Assembly (NCBI GenBank): GCA_049999805.1 | Contig: JBNGIO010006272.1 | Span: 243,643-290,479, forward strand | From: Folioceros fuciformis | Taxonomy: Eukaryota | Direction: 5' to 3' | Length of the DNA: 46,837 bases | Part shown: positions 10,700-24,244 of the stretch, in pieces | How the letters are laid out: each line of letters opens with the position of its first letter | How positions within the stretch are numbered: position 1 is the first letter of the stretch | Position numbers and translations under genes: made by a program | Notes under the pieces: generated by a model | Told to the model about the DNA's origin: nothing | Seen by the model: only the letters and a program-made list of their open reading frames with translations | Databases searched by the model: none

Positions 10700-11470
10700 A
10701 AATTTTATGAAAACCACTATATAAGAAAAAAGGAGCATTTAATTTATATTATTTGACTTCATGTGAAAAAGTCTCATATATCATGAACAAAGGTTTTCAA
10801 TATGCCACATAAAGGATGGATCAAAACACTTCTCAACCATTATATAAGTTCCTTTCTCAAAGGCATGAAAAAACAAAGGCAATGATCAAAGTGTGTCTTA
10901 GAAATGACTTTTTCTGTTATTTCTGTTGCATACTCTTTGAATACATCCTTTTTGATACTTTGCAAGGATTTTCAAACAAATTTAGGCCTAGAGCTCATTT
11001 TGGCAGAATTAGGTGCAAACCCTTAATACAAAACTAAACTAAGAGGCATCCTAAACTTTAAAATCCCCATTAGATGCATCATGCTTAGCTATTTTAATGA
11101 GATAAAAAGGTATAGATTATATAACCCTTTTATTAACAAAGTCATCTTCAATAGAGATTGCAAAACAATAATTGGAGCAACTCAAGTTATCATCAAGGAG
11201 TTAAGGAAGTTGCATGAAAAAGCTCAAAACTTAATTCATGAGCAACCTCTACCTCAAAGAGACATAGAAGCTAGAGAAACACAAAATTTTGAAAAATATT
11301 GTAGAGGAATAAGCTCAAAGAGTTGAAGATGAGAGACCCACCCTGATCATGAGATCAACTTTGGCAAAACATTTTAGAATCCACTAATGTATGCAAATAT
11401 GAACAAGCTTTATTCGCATACACCAATGAACCACAAGGAAGCATTGGAATGGCCAAAAACAAAGAGAACA
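10700..11470 (+). mobile_element. Highly decayed Ty1/Copia integrase and post-integrase remnant
   Basis: IKVCLRND resembles KCLRSD; IRCIMLSYFNEIKRYRLYNPFINKVIFNRD resembles the Copia KCIFLGY...KGYRLY...VIxSRD block; PMNHKEALEW resembles EPxxxxEAL..W. AT-rich with many stops. Boundaries are approximate. Confidence 0.6.
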
Positions 11471-12601
11471 AAGTTGACATTTAAGAAGTGTTAGGTTCAC
11501 GAGCTTAGGCCAATATTTTAAAGAGTTATTTTAAAACACGCAAAAAAAATCAAGCTGGAAGTAGAATTAATATTCTAGTTGCAATCTAACTTTCAAGTGG
11601 ATTCTTGGGTATAAACTACTGTATATGGAGTTTCTCAAAATGTTGATATGTACCACCTTTCACCCAATCCTAACTCGTTCAAAAATGTCCTTCTTCTCCA
11701 ATTGGCTTGCCTTAAGTTGTTCAAGCTATCTCATAAGTGCTCAGCCCCATAAAGTTGCATAAAGATTCCAGCAAGAATCGTGTTTGTATTCAGGTTTTAG
11801 CATTTAGGATTAGGGCATAGTCCCTCGGTTGAAAACGCCTTCTCCAAGGCTCTCATGTTGGAGTGCTGCACTAGTCACCACCTATAAGCCTATAAGAGGC
11901 ACAGTAATCAAATTGTACAGCTTCGAGCTATTCTGAAAGTTAGGAGCTTTTCTAATATCAAGAATTCGAGAAAACCGCGTTTGTAAATGCGTACATATTT
12001 ACATTACATGAATGTTGTATCCATGGATCTCTAAAAGATATGGTGTCGGCAAGTCTATATGCAGCATAGTTTGAAGCTATCTGTATCATGAGAGCCGACA
12101 TGCAAAATTGTCCTCGATTTCAATTGTTTCAAGCTGTTTCATGTGAGGAAGGCAAGCAATGGTTTCACTTGTCTGGACCTAGCTCAGGTCTGACAGGCAT
12201 CGATGCATCCCACACTATGTTGTTGTGGCATTGAGCTTAAGGTTGTCTAAGGAGCCAAACATTCAATTTTGTTCTTTAAGCCAAAAAAATGTGTTCTCTT
12301 CCTTCTTCAAACATGTTCATCCAACTTTGGAATCCACACGGAGGTCTTCAAGGACCAGGGACTAAAAGATCAACCTAGGCTTCTAGTGAACCAATCTGTG
12401 TACATAAGAGGTACAAGAACTACAAAGGCGTTCCTTCATGGAGTTTGCTCTCTATGATGAGGCAAAAATCGCGAATAGCAAAGTGACGAGAGAAGTGCGC
12501 TGATGCCCCATCAATGCGCATTTACTTAGAAGGAAAGTCTAGCTTTTATGCATAGGCTTGTGCAGTACATGCCACAAATTACGGTTGTAATCTAGCCGGG
12601 A

Positions 12602-13149
12602 TCACACCAACAAGTAGTGTGGTTGTAGTGCATGAGTACGAGCATAGGCATGGAGCACGTCAAGAGAATGAGAGAGGTTGGCAAGGGGTTCCCAAGAGGC
12701 ATCACTAAGAGGATAACCTTTCCACAACACTAAGAACTCATACCTCCAACGATCATAGCAATGGCGAAGAAGGCTTTCTACTTTGTATGCAGGACCATCA
12801 CAAGTGTCAATTGGGTCTGGGACAGAAGTTGGGGGGACATAATAAGGTTTGAGCAAGGAAACATGAAGACGTGATTTGGCAGGAGAGAGAGAGAGCTCAT
12901 AGGCCACAAGGCTAATGCGATGGAGGATTCGATAAGGACAAACAAAGTAAGGGGAAATCTTACGAACCCCGGGAAGAGATAGATTTTGGGCAAACAACAA
13001 GACATAGGTACCAATTGCAAATTCCTGAGGCCAACGACGACGATTGGCAAATTGGGCTTGGCGATTTTGGGCTTCGTGGGCAAATTTTCAATTTTGCTGT
13101 TGAATCTGGACACGTTGGGTGAGGAAATCTACAGCAACAAGGACATAAG
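12602..13149 (-). mobile_element. Ty3/Gypsy chromovirus remnant: integrase C-terminus and chromodomain, cut at 13149 by a Copia LTR
   Basis: AQNRQAQFANRRR..FAIGTYVLL, KISPYFVCPYRIL...AYELSL...HVSLLKPY (GPY/F module), YKVESLLRH...EFLVLWKGYPLSDASWEP (chromodomain). Confidence 0.88.
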
Positions 13150-13645
13150 TGTAGGGTTATTTAAGCCCAATGTGCTTAGAATAATGTGTTTAGTCTAAGA
13201 TTAGTGTCTAGTAAAGTATCATTTGTTTAGATTAGCTTAAGCTAATCTTTAGGAAGCTTCTTGTGAAGCTTCCTTGGGAGCTCTTCTAGAGGGTATAAAT
13301 ACCCTCTTGAGTTCTCTTGCAATATAGAGTGTGTGAGAGATCTTGCTTTCTCCTCCTCTCCTTCACCATGTGGCTCCCTTAGCGATCCTTCAACCGGTAT
13401 CAGAGCTAGATTGTGGAGCAAGATAGTGACGTCTGTAGGTGCTGCGAACAAGGTGCACAAAGGCATGAGGAAGGCTCTGGAGTGAGGGCAGCATCTCGAG
13501 GTGCAAGGGTCTCCAACCCCGCTGTGCTTAGGCCATGGCAGCTCGGGGCACCTAGAAGGGCGCCGCCGCGCCACCCTGCAGCGCGGGGTGTTTGCCCCAA
13601 AGCGGGGCGCCAGGCACCGGGGCCGTGGGGCGGAGACACTCCACT
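13150..13645 (+). mobile_element. 5' LTR (13150-13392), PBS (13395-13406) and truncated leader of a Copia element, from the same family as the minus-strand element ending at 24880
   Basis: TG...CA termini; TATAAA near 13294; PBS CGGTATCAGAGC (tRNA-iMet type, one change). The leader aligns with the reverse complement of 24499-24580 and of the region just left of 17787. Confidence 0.88.
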
Positions 13646-16600
13646 CTGCATCTTCACTATCAAAACATATGCACAAAGCTTTCGTACCATTTAAATACCT
13701 CATAACTCCTTTTACTACCTCTCAATGCTTCTTGCCAAGATTTGACATAAACCTGCTAACCACTCCCACTGCAAAAGTAATGTCAAGACGTGTAGCAATC
13801 ATTGCATACATCAAACTCGCTACAGCTGATAAGTATGGAACCTTCTCCATTTCAGCTTTGTCCTCCGCAAAGCTTGGACAATCCTTGCTCGAAAGTTTCA
13901 CATATGGAGGCAACAGAGTACTCAATACCTTCCCCTTCTTCATGTTGAAACGTTGAAGCACCTTGTTAATGTATTTAGTCTAAGACAAGTAAAGCAAAAG
14001 CATTCGACGAATACGCATGCCAAGACTATGGCTGGCCTCTCCCAAGTCTGTCATGTCAAAGCAAGCATTCAACTTTGACTTCAATGCTAAAATCTCATCA
14101 CTACTATTCCTAGCAAGTAGCATATCATCCACATTGAGGACCAAAATAAGCAAGCTTCCATCCTTAGCTTGCTTCGTATAGAGGCAATGATCCTTATCAC
14201 TACGTTTGTAGCCTTGAGAAAGCATAAATAAGTGGAACCTGTAATACCACTCTCTGGGTGCCTGTTTCAAACCATAAAGGCTCTTCTTCAACCTGCATAC
14301 CAGATTCTCTCCACCCTTCTCAATGAAACCCTTTGGTTGCTGCATGTACACCTCTTCTTGGAGATCACCATGCAGAAATGAAGACTTCACATCCATTTGG
14401 ACAAGTTCCATGTCATTCCTCGCAACCAGAGCACGAACACATTGCAAAGTGGTCATTTTGACAACTGGTGAGAAAATCTCATTAAAGTCAACACCTTGCT
14501 AGTGCTTAAAACCCTTAGCAACCAATCATGCCTTGTACTTGGGTTTGCCATCATGGAGTATGACCATCTTTTACACCCATTTGCATGGCAATGCCTTCTT
14601 ATCCCTAGGCAACTAAACCAACTCCCAAGTTTGGTTTTTATGGAGCAAATCCATCTGCAACTGCATTGCCTTCTCCCACTTGTCCTTGCCAGTCACTAAC
14701 ATGTCCTCTTTGTAACAAGAGGGCTCCCCACAATCCGTCAACATGACATAATCAACATCCCTGTCAGGAGGACATGAAATCCTTCCTGACCTACGAAGCA
14801 TAGGTGCCTCGACCAGAGCTAGTTGCACTCTCTCTTCTTCTACAAGTGGAGGAACGGGTTCCTGCATATCACGACGTTCAATCTGCCCGTGACGGTCAAG
14901 TCCATCTTCTTGGGAGACCACCCGTCGCACCTCCACAGTTGGAGTAGGCTTCTTCTACATTTTGTTCTCATTGAAGAACACGTCATTGCTGCGAACAACC
15001 TTCCTGGCCTCTAGAACCCATAGACAGTATCCCATTTCATTAGAGTCACCATAGCCAAGAAAAATACATTGTCTGGACTTGGCTGCCAACTTGTCCCGAA
15101 ACTCCTTTGGAACATAGTAGTATGCCTCACAACCAAACACTCGTAGATGCTTGTAAGACGGCTTCTTTCCAGACCATAGCTCCTCTTGAACCTGCTCATC
15201 CACAGCCTTATTAAGAGATCTATTAATAAGATGCGCCGCAGTAGACATTGCTTCTGCCCAAAATCCGTCAGGCAATCCAGAGTTTGACAACAAACTGCGC
15301 ATCCTCTCCTAGATGGTCCTGTTCATCCGTTCAGCCACACCATTTCTGGGGAGGAGTATATGGGGTAGTTAATTCTCTCTTGATTCCCTTGGAATCACAG
15401 AATGATTGGAAAGCCTTCAAAACGTACTCTCCACCATTGCCTGTCCTTAGACACTTTAGTCGGGGACTAGACTGATTCTCCACAAGGGTGACGAATTTGT
15501 GAAACACTGTCAGAACATCATTTTTTTCCTCAAAGAATAAACCCACACCTTATGTGATAAATCATCTATGAAAGTGACAAAATAGGATGCACCGCCTAAT
15601 GATGAAGTGGGCATAGGTCCACAAACGTCACTGTGAACCAATTCAAGAGGTTTACTTTTGTGTTTACCTTTTGCTCCATGTGCTGATTTCGTCTGTTTCC
15701 CATACAAACAGTGCCCTCACACGGAGAAATAGGAGAAGTCAAAAGCAGGGACGTAACTAAAACGAGATAAGATCTTCATTCCTTTTCGAGACATATGTCC
15801 TAACCAACAATGCCACAAGGAAACATTTGGTTGTTCCATTACACAAATCACATGATCCTTGAGAGTGGTTACCTGAAGTGAGTACAAAGTGCCACACTTC
15901 GATCCCCGAGCTAACACAAGAGAACCTTTGGAGATCTTCCAAGAATGATACCCAAACCAACAGTGGTAGCCAACGTCATCCAACTGCCCTGCGCTAATCA
16001 TGCTTTTTGTTAACTTCGGAACATGCCTAACATCCTTCAGTATGAATGAAGATCCATTGTCAAACCTTAGCTGCACATCACCAACGCCTGCAATCTCGCA
16101 TGCGTAGTTATTTCCAAGCCAAACACATCCTTTCATAGTAGCATCATAGGTGCTAAACTACTCCCTATGCGGAGTAACATGGAAAGATGCTCTAGAGTCG
16201 ATTATCCAATTAGAGAATAAGTGACTATCCCCGGCTGTCAATTGTGTAGAATCGAAGGAAGAAGAGATAAAAACATCTTCATCATCAACAACATTCACCT
16301 TGTCAGGCTTGATACTCGGACTTGCCTTGTTGTTGTTCTGCTTCTTCTCCTTGCCTTTGTCCTTCTTGAACTTCTCGCAGTCCCTTCTGATGTGACCCTT
16401 TTTGTGACAATGGTAACACTCAACATTGTTACGACTACGAGATTTGCTACAGGAAAGGCTTCGCTCCATTTGCTTCCCCTTTGAAGTGAACCTTCCTCTC
16501 ACCATGAGGGCATTGGAACCTTTCGAAGGTTCCATATTCTTCGTGTTCACCTCTTCTATTAATAGGCTACCTTCTACATTTACAATCGTGAGACCACTAG

Positions 16601-17787
16601 CAGGAGTGGAATTACTTAGAGTTATACAAAATGTGTCCCAACTCTCTGGTAATGTGACCAACAGAACATAGCTCTCACGGAATCTGGGAACGAGATACCT
16701 TGAGATGAGAGCTAGCTGAAAATGATATTGAACTCATTTAGATGATCGGACATCCTCATCCCTTCCTTCATCTTTAAGTCCACAAGCTGTTCCAACCAGT
16801 ACACCTAAGAAGCCGCACTTTGCTTCTCATAAATGTCTCAAAACTTCTGCCATAGCTCGTAACTTGTGGTCTTGTCTTTCACATTGAAGTAGACCGACTT
16901 CGACAATGTTAGCATGATGGCAGATCTAGTAAGCTCATCTAGATCGTGTCACTCATCCTGAGTCATACTAATAGGTTTCACACCTAGCAACTTTATGAGC
17001 TTGATCTGCTTTTTCTGCACTAGAACATTATACACTTGTTCTTTCCAGAACAGGAAGTTAGTACCATCTAACTCCTCGGTATTGAACATAACGTTTTCTG
17101 AGGACGTCATCATTCAAAATCAATGCAAATCAAACAAAGGCTAGTTAGAAACAATCTGAATGTAATGTAGATTCTGAAAGTTACCCTCACGCCTTGTTCC
17201 GCATCGGCTGACACAACTTGTAGACCTCAAACCATCACATGAGTCTATCCACAATTTAGGCCGACACGACGGGCCCAAGTCCGATTTTGGCCCGCCTGGC
17301 GTTGGGAGACTCATCCGACCACCTGCAGCCAGAATTTGGTCGCTCATGACTAGAGTATCCCGCCCTGCGATTGAGATTTGGCCACCCACGGCTTTGGATC
17401 CGGCCACACCACCTAGTGGCTCCAATCTGGCCGCCTGCAGTCGAGATTTAACTACCCGCGGCTAGGATCCGGTTGCCCATCGGCGCTGGATTCAGCCACA
17501 CTGCTTGGCGGCCAGAATTAGGCCCCCTTTTGCACTCTAGATCCGGCCACACCACCTGGCGGCTGGGAGCCGGGTCAGGGCAGCCCGGGCCTGATCCCGC
17601 AGCCGGGATTCGGGCTGCCCCGCGCTCGAGGCCTAATCCCACCGCCTCGCGGCTGGGATCCTGGCTGGCCCGCACCTCGCGCTGCTATTGCCGCGGCCTA
17701 TGCCTTAGTAGGGCGGGGCTGGAGCCCTTTGCACCCCAGCAGCAGGGTTCACACAGCCCCCAGGATGCTGCCCTCACTTTGGTGCTT

Positions 17788-17994
17788 TGTAAAGAAAAGT
17801 ACAGCAGGAGAAGAGAGCATAAACAAAAATATTGAAATATGCATAAGTTAATAATACAAAGAGTTGTGTAATGTATATAAGCCTATCCTCTAGGCTAAGC
17901 ACCCCTTGATTTAATAACCTAAATATAATTAACCGAGAGGTTAACGTAAATCAATCTAGGTGAAACTCTAAGCGAGGGAGGTTACCCCGTAACA
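17788..17994 (-). repeat. 3' LTR of the nested Copia
   Basis: TG...CA termini; 203/207 identical to 24292-24498; preceded on the minus strand by the PPT. Confidence 0.97.
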
Positions 17995-18125
17995 CCCTCC
18001 CTTAAGCGAGCGAGCTTAGGGACTGAGCACGGGGACCTCGTGTGAAGGTGGCGCTTGTGCGAGACGATCACAAGGGAGAGGCAGGCGCGGGGGCACTCAT
18101 CGATGCAAGGACGTGAGCTGGCCAG

Positions 18126-18558
18126 ATGGAGTCAACTATAAATCGGGCGACGGCATATGCAGGATTCCTAGCAGCCAGCTTTCTGTGCGTCCAAGTGACG
18201 AGGGCCATACTGCTGTGCACGATGATGCTCGAGGAGCATCCTGAGGAGCGTCCAGCCAAGCGGAGTAGAGACGCCAACAGGGCGGGGAAGAAACGCCCTA
18301 CTAAGCGTCCAACTGTGGAAGAAGAGTGGGATGAAACCCACGCAGCGGAAACCAGCCTGAGGATTGAGGGCTGGAGCGTTGTATTCAATATGTCAATGTG
18401 CTGGAAGAAGCCCGGGAAGTAAGAGGAGTTGTCGAGCGAAAACTGAAGATGAATTCAACAGCTTGCTGAGGCCATTGGAAGAAGCACAGAGGCTGATGGC
18501 CTTGTTCAAGCGGTTGCAAGCAGAGGAGGCGGCGGCTAACCTGCGTGCAGGTGATTAG
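18126..18558 (+). other. Possible antisense extra ORF (split by a frameshift/stop) in the 3' UTR of the nested Copia
   Basis: 18126-18422 encodes a hydrophobic N-terminal segment plus basic clusters (RPAKRSR, KKRPTKRP). The overlapping frame 18364-18558 ends in a helical, charged stretch (EDEFNSLLRPLEEAQRLMALFKRLQAEEAAA). Confidence 0.35.
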
Positions 18559-18726
18559 AATATCGTGGAGCTTCATCCACGTGCTGCTGGAGCTCGCTGC
18601 TGTGTGTGGATTTTTACAGACTGTGGCTAACCCTCCCTGTCACTCGACTTGCAGGAAGATAAGAGTGACCCCGTAAGGGGATTGAGGATTCAGGGCCTCA
18701 CCCCGTAAGTCCTAACCTGCAGCATG

Positions 18727-21700
18727 TTATATCGGTGCTTTGAAATAACGCTGGAAGTTCATCAATCCAAGGCCCTGAAGATGTTTTTGATGCTTATCTT
18801 TGGATAAAGCCTTGGTCAGAATGTCTACTGTATTGTCTTCAGTAGGAACATAGAGAATTTTAACCAGGCCCCTCTCAGCAGCATCTCTGACGTAATGGTG
18901 GTGAACTTCGATGTGCTTTGTTTGAGCATGGAAGCGTGGGTTGGCGACGAGAGCAATGGCAGATTGATTATCGCAGCAGAGGTAAGTAGGATCTGTTTGA
19001 GTCTGCCCAAGGTCGTGTAAGAACGATCGTGCCCATTCCACCTCTTTTGTAGCATCCGTCAAGGACTTATATTCTGCTTCCGTACTTGACAGAGCAATAC
19101 TTGTCTGTTTTTTTACAGCTCCAGGTGATAGCAGCCTGTGCCAAGAGGAAAACATATGTAGAAAGACTCTTCCGGGAGTCACTGTCCGAGGCCCAGTCTG
19201 CATCCGTGTACCCATCAAGCACAAGGTGAGGCTGGTCAGTACGTTTAGAACACAAGCCAAGATAATGTATGCCCTTAAGATAGCGGAAAACCCGTTTTAC
19301 TGCTGTCCAGTGGGAACGTCCTGGATTATCCAGGAACTGAGAAACTGTGCTAACAGAGTGTTGAACATCAGGCCGGGTCCAATTACTGCCGAAAATTAAG
19401 CTACCAACAGCCTGGCGATAAGGCACATCAGCCATGTCCTGTTGATCAGCATCTGTCACAGGAGACTCATGTCTGGTAAGTTTTGTGCCTACTGCACCAG
19501 GAGGAGTGGCTGGATGGGCCTGGCCCATGTTGAAGCGATGTAGAATTTCTGCTATGTACTTATATTGATGAATGATGAGCAGCCCTTCTGATCTAACCCT
19601 CAGGACTTGAATCCCGAGACAGAAAAGAAGGTCCCCACTATCCGTCATGTCAAAGGTATTTCTTAAGAGTGTCTTCACATGTGACAGGATGGCAGGGTTA
19701 CTGGCTGCAAGGATGACATCATCCACGTAGAGTGCAAGAAGAACATAGGCAGATCCGTCTCGAAACATATAAACATTTGAATCAGCTTTGCACTGTGTGA
19801 AGCCAAGAGACTTCAGGGCAGTATCACATCTTTTATACCATCGTTCTGCACTTTGTTTAAGTCCATACAGGCATTTGATTAACTGGCAGACGTGGTCAGG
19901 ATGTGCGGGGTCTACATACCCCTCTGGCTGCTCCATATACAGTTCTTCTTCAAGAAGACCATGGAGGAAGTCCTTGCAGACGTCCATCTGCTGTAATTCA
20001 AGGTCATATTGTGCAGCAAGGGCTAAGATGATGCGAATACTTTGAGCACGCACAACTGGAGAAAACGTCTCCAGGTAATCCAAACCAGCGACTTGGGTAA
20101 ATCCTCGTGCACATAACCTAGCTTTATATCGGGCAATATGCCCCTCTGCATTGAGCTTGTGTTTAAAGACCCATTTGCAGGTAATGGCTTTCCTGTTTGC
20201 AGGCCTAGGAACCAGACGCCATGTGCCATTTTTGATTAGGCTATTATATTCGTCATCGACAGCGAATTTCCACTTGTCTTTATCTAGTCCAGTAAGTGCT
20301 TCCGTAAGAGATACTGGTTTTAGAGGGACTTCAGGAGGGGAGGAAACTGATGAAATAGTAGGGCGTCTGAAGTCAATGCTTGCATAAGGGGGTTCCTGCC
20401 ATTCAGAAGGTGGAGGCTTATGCCTTGATGAACGTCGAGGTCCAGCAGCCTCATCAGAGTCAACTGGAGCAGGGGCAACATCTACAGATAGCTGAGGAGG
20501 AGGTAAGTCATCTTCCCCATCTTCCGCAGAAAAATCAAAATCTGGGTTACCATGCTCAGGATCCTGTCCTGTATGATCAGGATCATAATGGGGACCAGCA
20601 GCAATTGGTTGTGGTTGGGCAAGGATCTGGCCAGGGTTGTGAAGCTGGGCAGGAGTTGGTCCTGGATTTTGTGGTGACTGAGCAGGGACCTATCCAGGAT
20701 TACCTGCAGTAGAATTAGGGGCCGCGCCGTCCACATCCATGGGGTACAGAGAAATGACACCGGGAAGCTCATAATCAAGGACATCTAAATCTTCAGGCTG
20801 TTCAAAAGGATCAAGTGCTTCATCTCGAATAGGAGCAGCCTGAAGGGATTCCAAAAAGGTAACACTTCTAGCAAGTACTGGTTGTCGAGAAACAGGGTCA
20901 ATAAGTTTATATGCTTTGACTGTCTCGCTGTAGCCCACGAAGATGAGACGTTTGGAGCGGTTGTCTAACTTACGCCTCTTGTCTGCAGGAATATAGGCAA
21001 AGGCCTTAGAGCCAAAAATTCGGAGATGGAGAAGGCTCGGTTTACGACGCCAAAGCAGCTCAAAAGGTGTCTTGGAGACTAAAGAGCTGGTTGGTAAGCG
21101 GTTTAAAATATAGGTAGAGGTAACCACAGCCTCTGCCCAATAAGGTGAGGAGAGACCAGACCAAAGCAACATTGCTCGTGTCATGCCCATTAGTGTTTGG
21201 TTTTTACGTTCAGCAACACCATTTTGTTGCTGTGTGTAAGGAACAATAAACTGGTGTACAATTTCTGTTCTGTGAAGAGGTCTTCGAAAGACTGATTTAC
21301 AAACTCTGTCCCGTTATCAGATCTGAAGATCTTAAGGAGACAGCCTGTTTGGCGCTGCACTATGGTCAACCAGTCTTGAAATAAGGGGAAAGTGTCGTTC
21401 TTTCTTTTCATAGGGAAAGTCCAGGTGTACCTTGTGTAGTCGTCTGTGATGGTGAAGTAATAATCTGCCCCTCCAAGTGAGGAAACCTGGAGGCGACCAG
21501 AAATATCAGCATGTACCAGTTCCAGGGGTGTGGTTGCTCTGTGAGCTGGTCCAGTAGGAAATGGCTGTTCCTTCTTCTTAGCCAGGGCACAGGTCTCACA
21601 AAGAGGGAGCTCTTTCAAACATGTTGGAATGGGCTCTCTGTAGTAGTCACTCTTACTAAGGGAGGACAGAACCTTGCGATTTAGATGACCAAGCCTAGCA

Positions 21701-23183
21701 TGCCATAGAATAGACTGCTGCTTAGCCGAAAGGGTTCCTACACTTGTAGAGTTGACTTCTTGTTTGCTTCCTAGAAGACAGGTGAAGTCCAGACGATACA
21801 GGTCATTCTCAGGCAGAGCCCTAAAGACACATATGGAAGGGGAGTCTATCCGAGAGAAACAGCAGTAATGCTCGTGAGCTGTTAGCTGGAAAATCTTGAG
21901 CTGAAAAAGTTTGCTGAGAGACAGCAAATTCTTGGCCATGCTTGGAACATACAGGACGTCTGGAAGAGCAAGCGTAGACCCATCACTTAGCCTAAATGTG
22001 CAGGACCCCTGTCCTAGAATTCGTAGGCTAGTGCTATTCCGTTCATCTCCCAAGTAGACTCTGTCTACACTAGAGGAGGGGGTCAATGTCGTGAAGAGGG
22101 ATTCCTCACGACATATATGGGCAGTAGCCCCAGAGTCCAAATACCATACTGCCTTGTCACCTGTGAGAGTGGACAGGCAGATGGTTAGAATTTTAACCAC
22201 CGGTTTGTTGGAATCTGCAGGTCTATCTTGAACAACAGAACTAGGAGAAGGACGAGGAGTCTTGCGAGGCTCCCCGGCCTTCTTCTTCCTGCATTCATTG
22301 GCCCAATGACCAGGTTTGCCACACCAATTGCAGCTTCCAGGACGTTTTGTTGAAGGACCTGCGTGATTGCGTTGCCCTTCGTTTCTATTTCCCTGTTGTG
22401 AATTCTGTATCTTTGTTTTATCCTTATGTGCCCCTCTGCCACGGAATGCAGTAAGCACTCTGTCAGCTTTGGCTTTCCCAGTCCCTGACATGAGCCTGCT
22501 CTGCTCTTCCTGGAAGAGGGCACCTATAACCTCGTCTAAGGTAATAGTAATTTGTCTCCCAGCAGCACCGGCAGCTATAGCCTGTCGGATGGGGACATTG
22601 TGGGCAGATACAAAAGTCTGGTAACTTGGTGGCAGGCTGGTGAGCAACTGAGCAATCACGTCCACCTCATCCATCACTGTACCAAGGGAAGTAAGTTGTG
22701 CTCGAAGATGTCTAAGTTTGCTGGTGTGAGCAAGAACTTTGTCACCCTCTCGCATCTTAAGTCCATAGAATTCTGTGCGTAATGCACATAGTGTAAGGAC
22801 ATTACTGACTTTGTACTGGCTCTCTAACTGGGACCAAATTTCACTAGCCTTGGTTAGAAATTCTATAGGAGGAATGAGATCCTCTGTCAAGAAGAAACAA
22901 GAAGGGCTATACCTATGCTGTTTGCATGAGCCCACTTATCCTTATCTGCTTGAATGGCAGTTGCAGGTGGCTCAGGAATAGAGCCATCTACAATACCCCA
23001 GACTCCTCTAGCCAACAATGTCGACTTCATCCGCACTCTCCACACCTCGTACTTCTGACCATTAAACCTGTCTTTTTCTTTGAGTTCAGATGTGAAGACA
23101 GGGTTGTAAGGGCCAGGAGGACCAGGAAGTGAAAGAGAGGGCGGAGGTGGAGGAGGGGGAAGGGGAGGATTAATGTTAGACAT
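18727..23183 (-). pseudogene. gag-pol polyprotein of the nested Copia, frameshifted in several places
   Basis: Pro-rich gag start (MSNINPPLPPPP); CNWCGKPGHWANEC; WYLDSGATAH; WHARLGH; LELVHADISG; FRSDNGTEF; LYGLKQS; LYVDDVIL; GYTDADWAS; SSTEAEY; CDNQSAI; TKHIEVHHHYVRD. Confidence 0.93.
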
Positions 23184-24244
23184 GCCGGGTCGACCTTGGT
23201 TCTGGGCTGGAGCAGCAGGGATCAGTCCACTAAAAAAAGGTTATAAAATGATTCTGCTAAGTCATCCAGTAACCAATCATCCATGCATGGTTGACTAACT
23301 GTGTTATCTAAATGTGCAGATCTGAAAAGGCATCTACAACATGAAGGGACAGGGCATTGAAGGGAGAGGCACAGGAAATGACAAAGTTCATGCAAAATGT
23401 CAGCATGAAAAGGTATGTGCACAGAAACCCTAACTGAAAAATGCCCCAGTCATGTGAAGCAACTGTTCACACGAAACCCTAACTACTGTGAGCGTCCGGT
23501 TTTCTAGGGAGTGGAGACAAGGTGGGAAGATACAATCCCATTGCTGGTGATGCCACCGACATGGGTAATGGAAAATCCACCTGCTCAAATTTCCTGCGCT
23601 CACTAATCTGATCAAGTCTCTCTATCACCCATGAATTCTGAACGGTAAACATTTGGATCAACTGACCCTGTAGATTGTTGATGCGCCAGAGTAGGTGATC
23701 ATTATCCACAACAGCCCCTGACCTTCCAATTTCCGGTTCAGAAATTTCTGGATGTATCCCATGAAAATTGGGCTGATCCGTCTCCCGGTCTTGTGCAGGC
23801 GTCCCTGCTGAGTTACAGCGACCTCGTCGACGGGAAGGCATTCTGTGGATTAGAGATAGCAATCATCTGAGCAAATTAGTGGCATTTCTTGATAATTTTA
23901 TTTATTTGGTAGCATAATTACATAGGCTAATTCTGTCTTGCAGGCAGAAGAGCATGGCCTTCGAAAGAGCTCAGCCAGCATCAAGAGATGATGTTGAGTT
24001 CCGTTGAAGTCTCTGTTGCTCTTCCTGGAAAATCAGATTAGTCTGAAAAAGATAGGATTCTTATTTCTTCATCCTGCTAGGCATCGGAAGGACATATGAT
24101 GGTAATAGTAAATCAAGGCTTGTATATGCACGCCTATTTAGGCGCATTGACGATACGCAGTGTACGTTATCGTAAGAGCCATTGATTGTATAAGAATACC
24201 AATCTGATAGCCCCAGGTATCGATATCTGAAGGCTTGGCCACAA

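Noticed and set aside
11470..12600. AT-rich stretch with short ORFs
   Set aside because: No motif, terminal repeat or splice pattern could be recognised. It is probably old TE debris but cannot be supported by eye.
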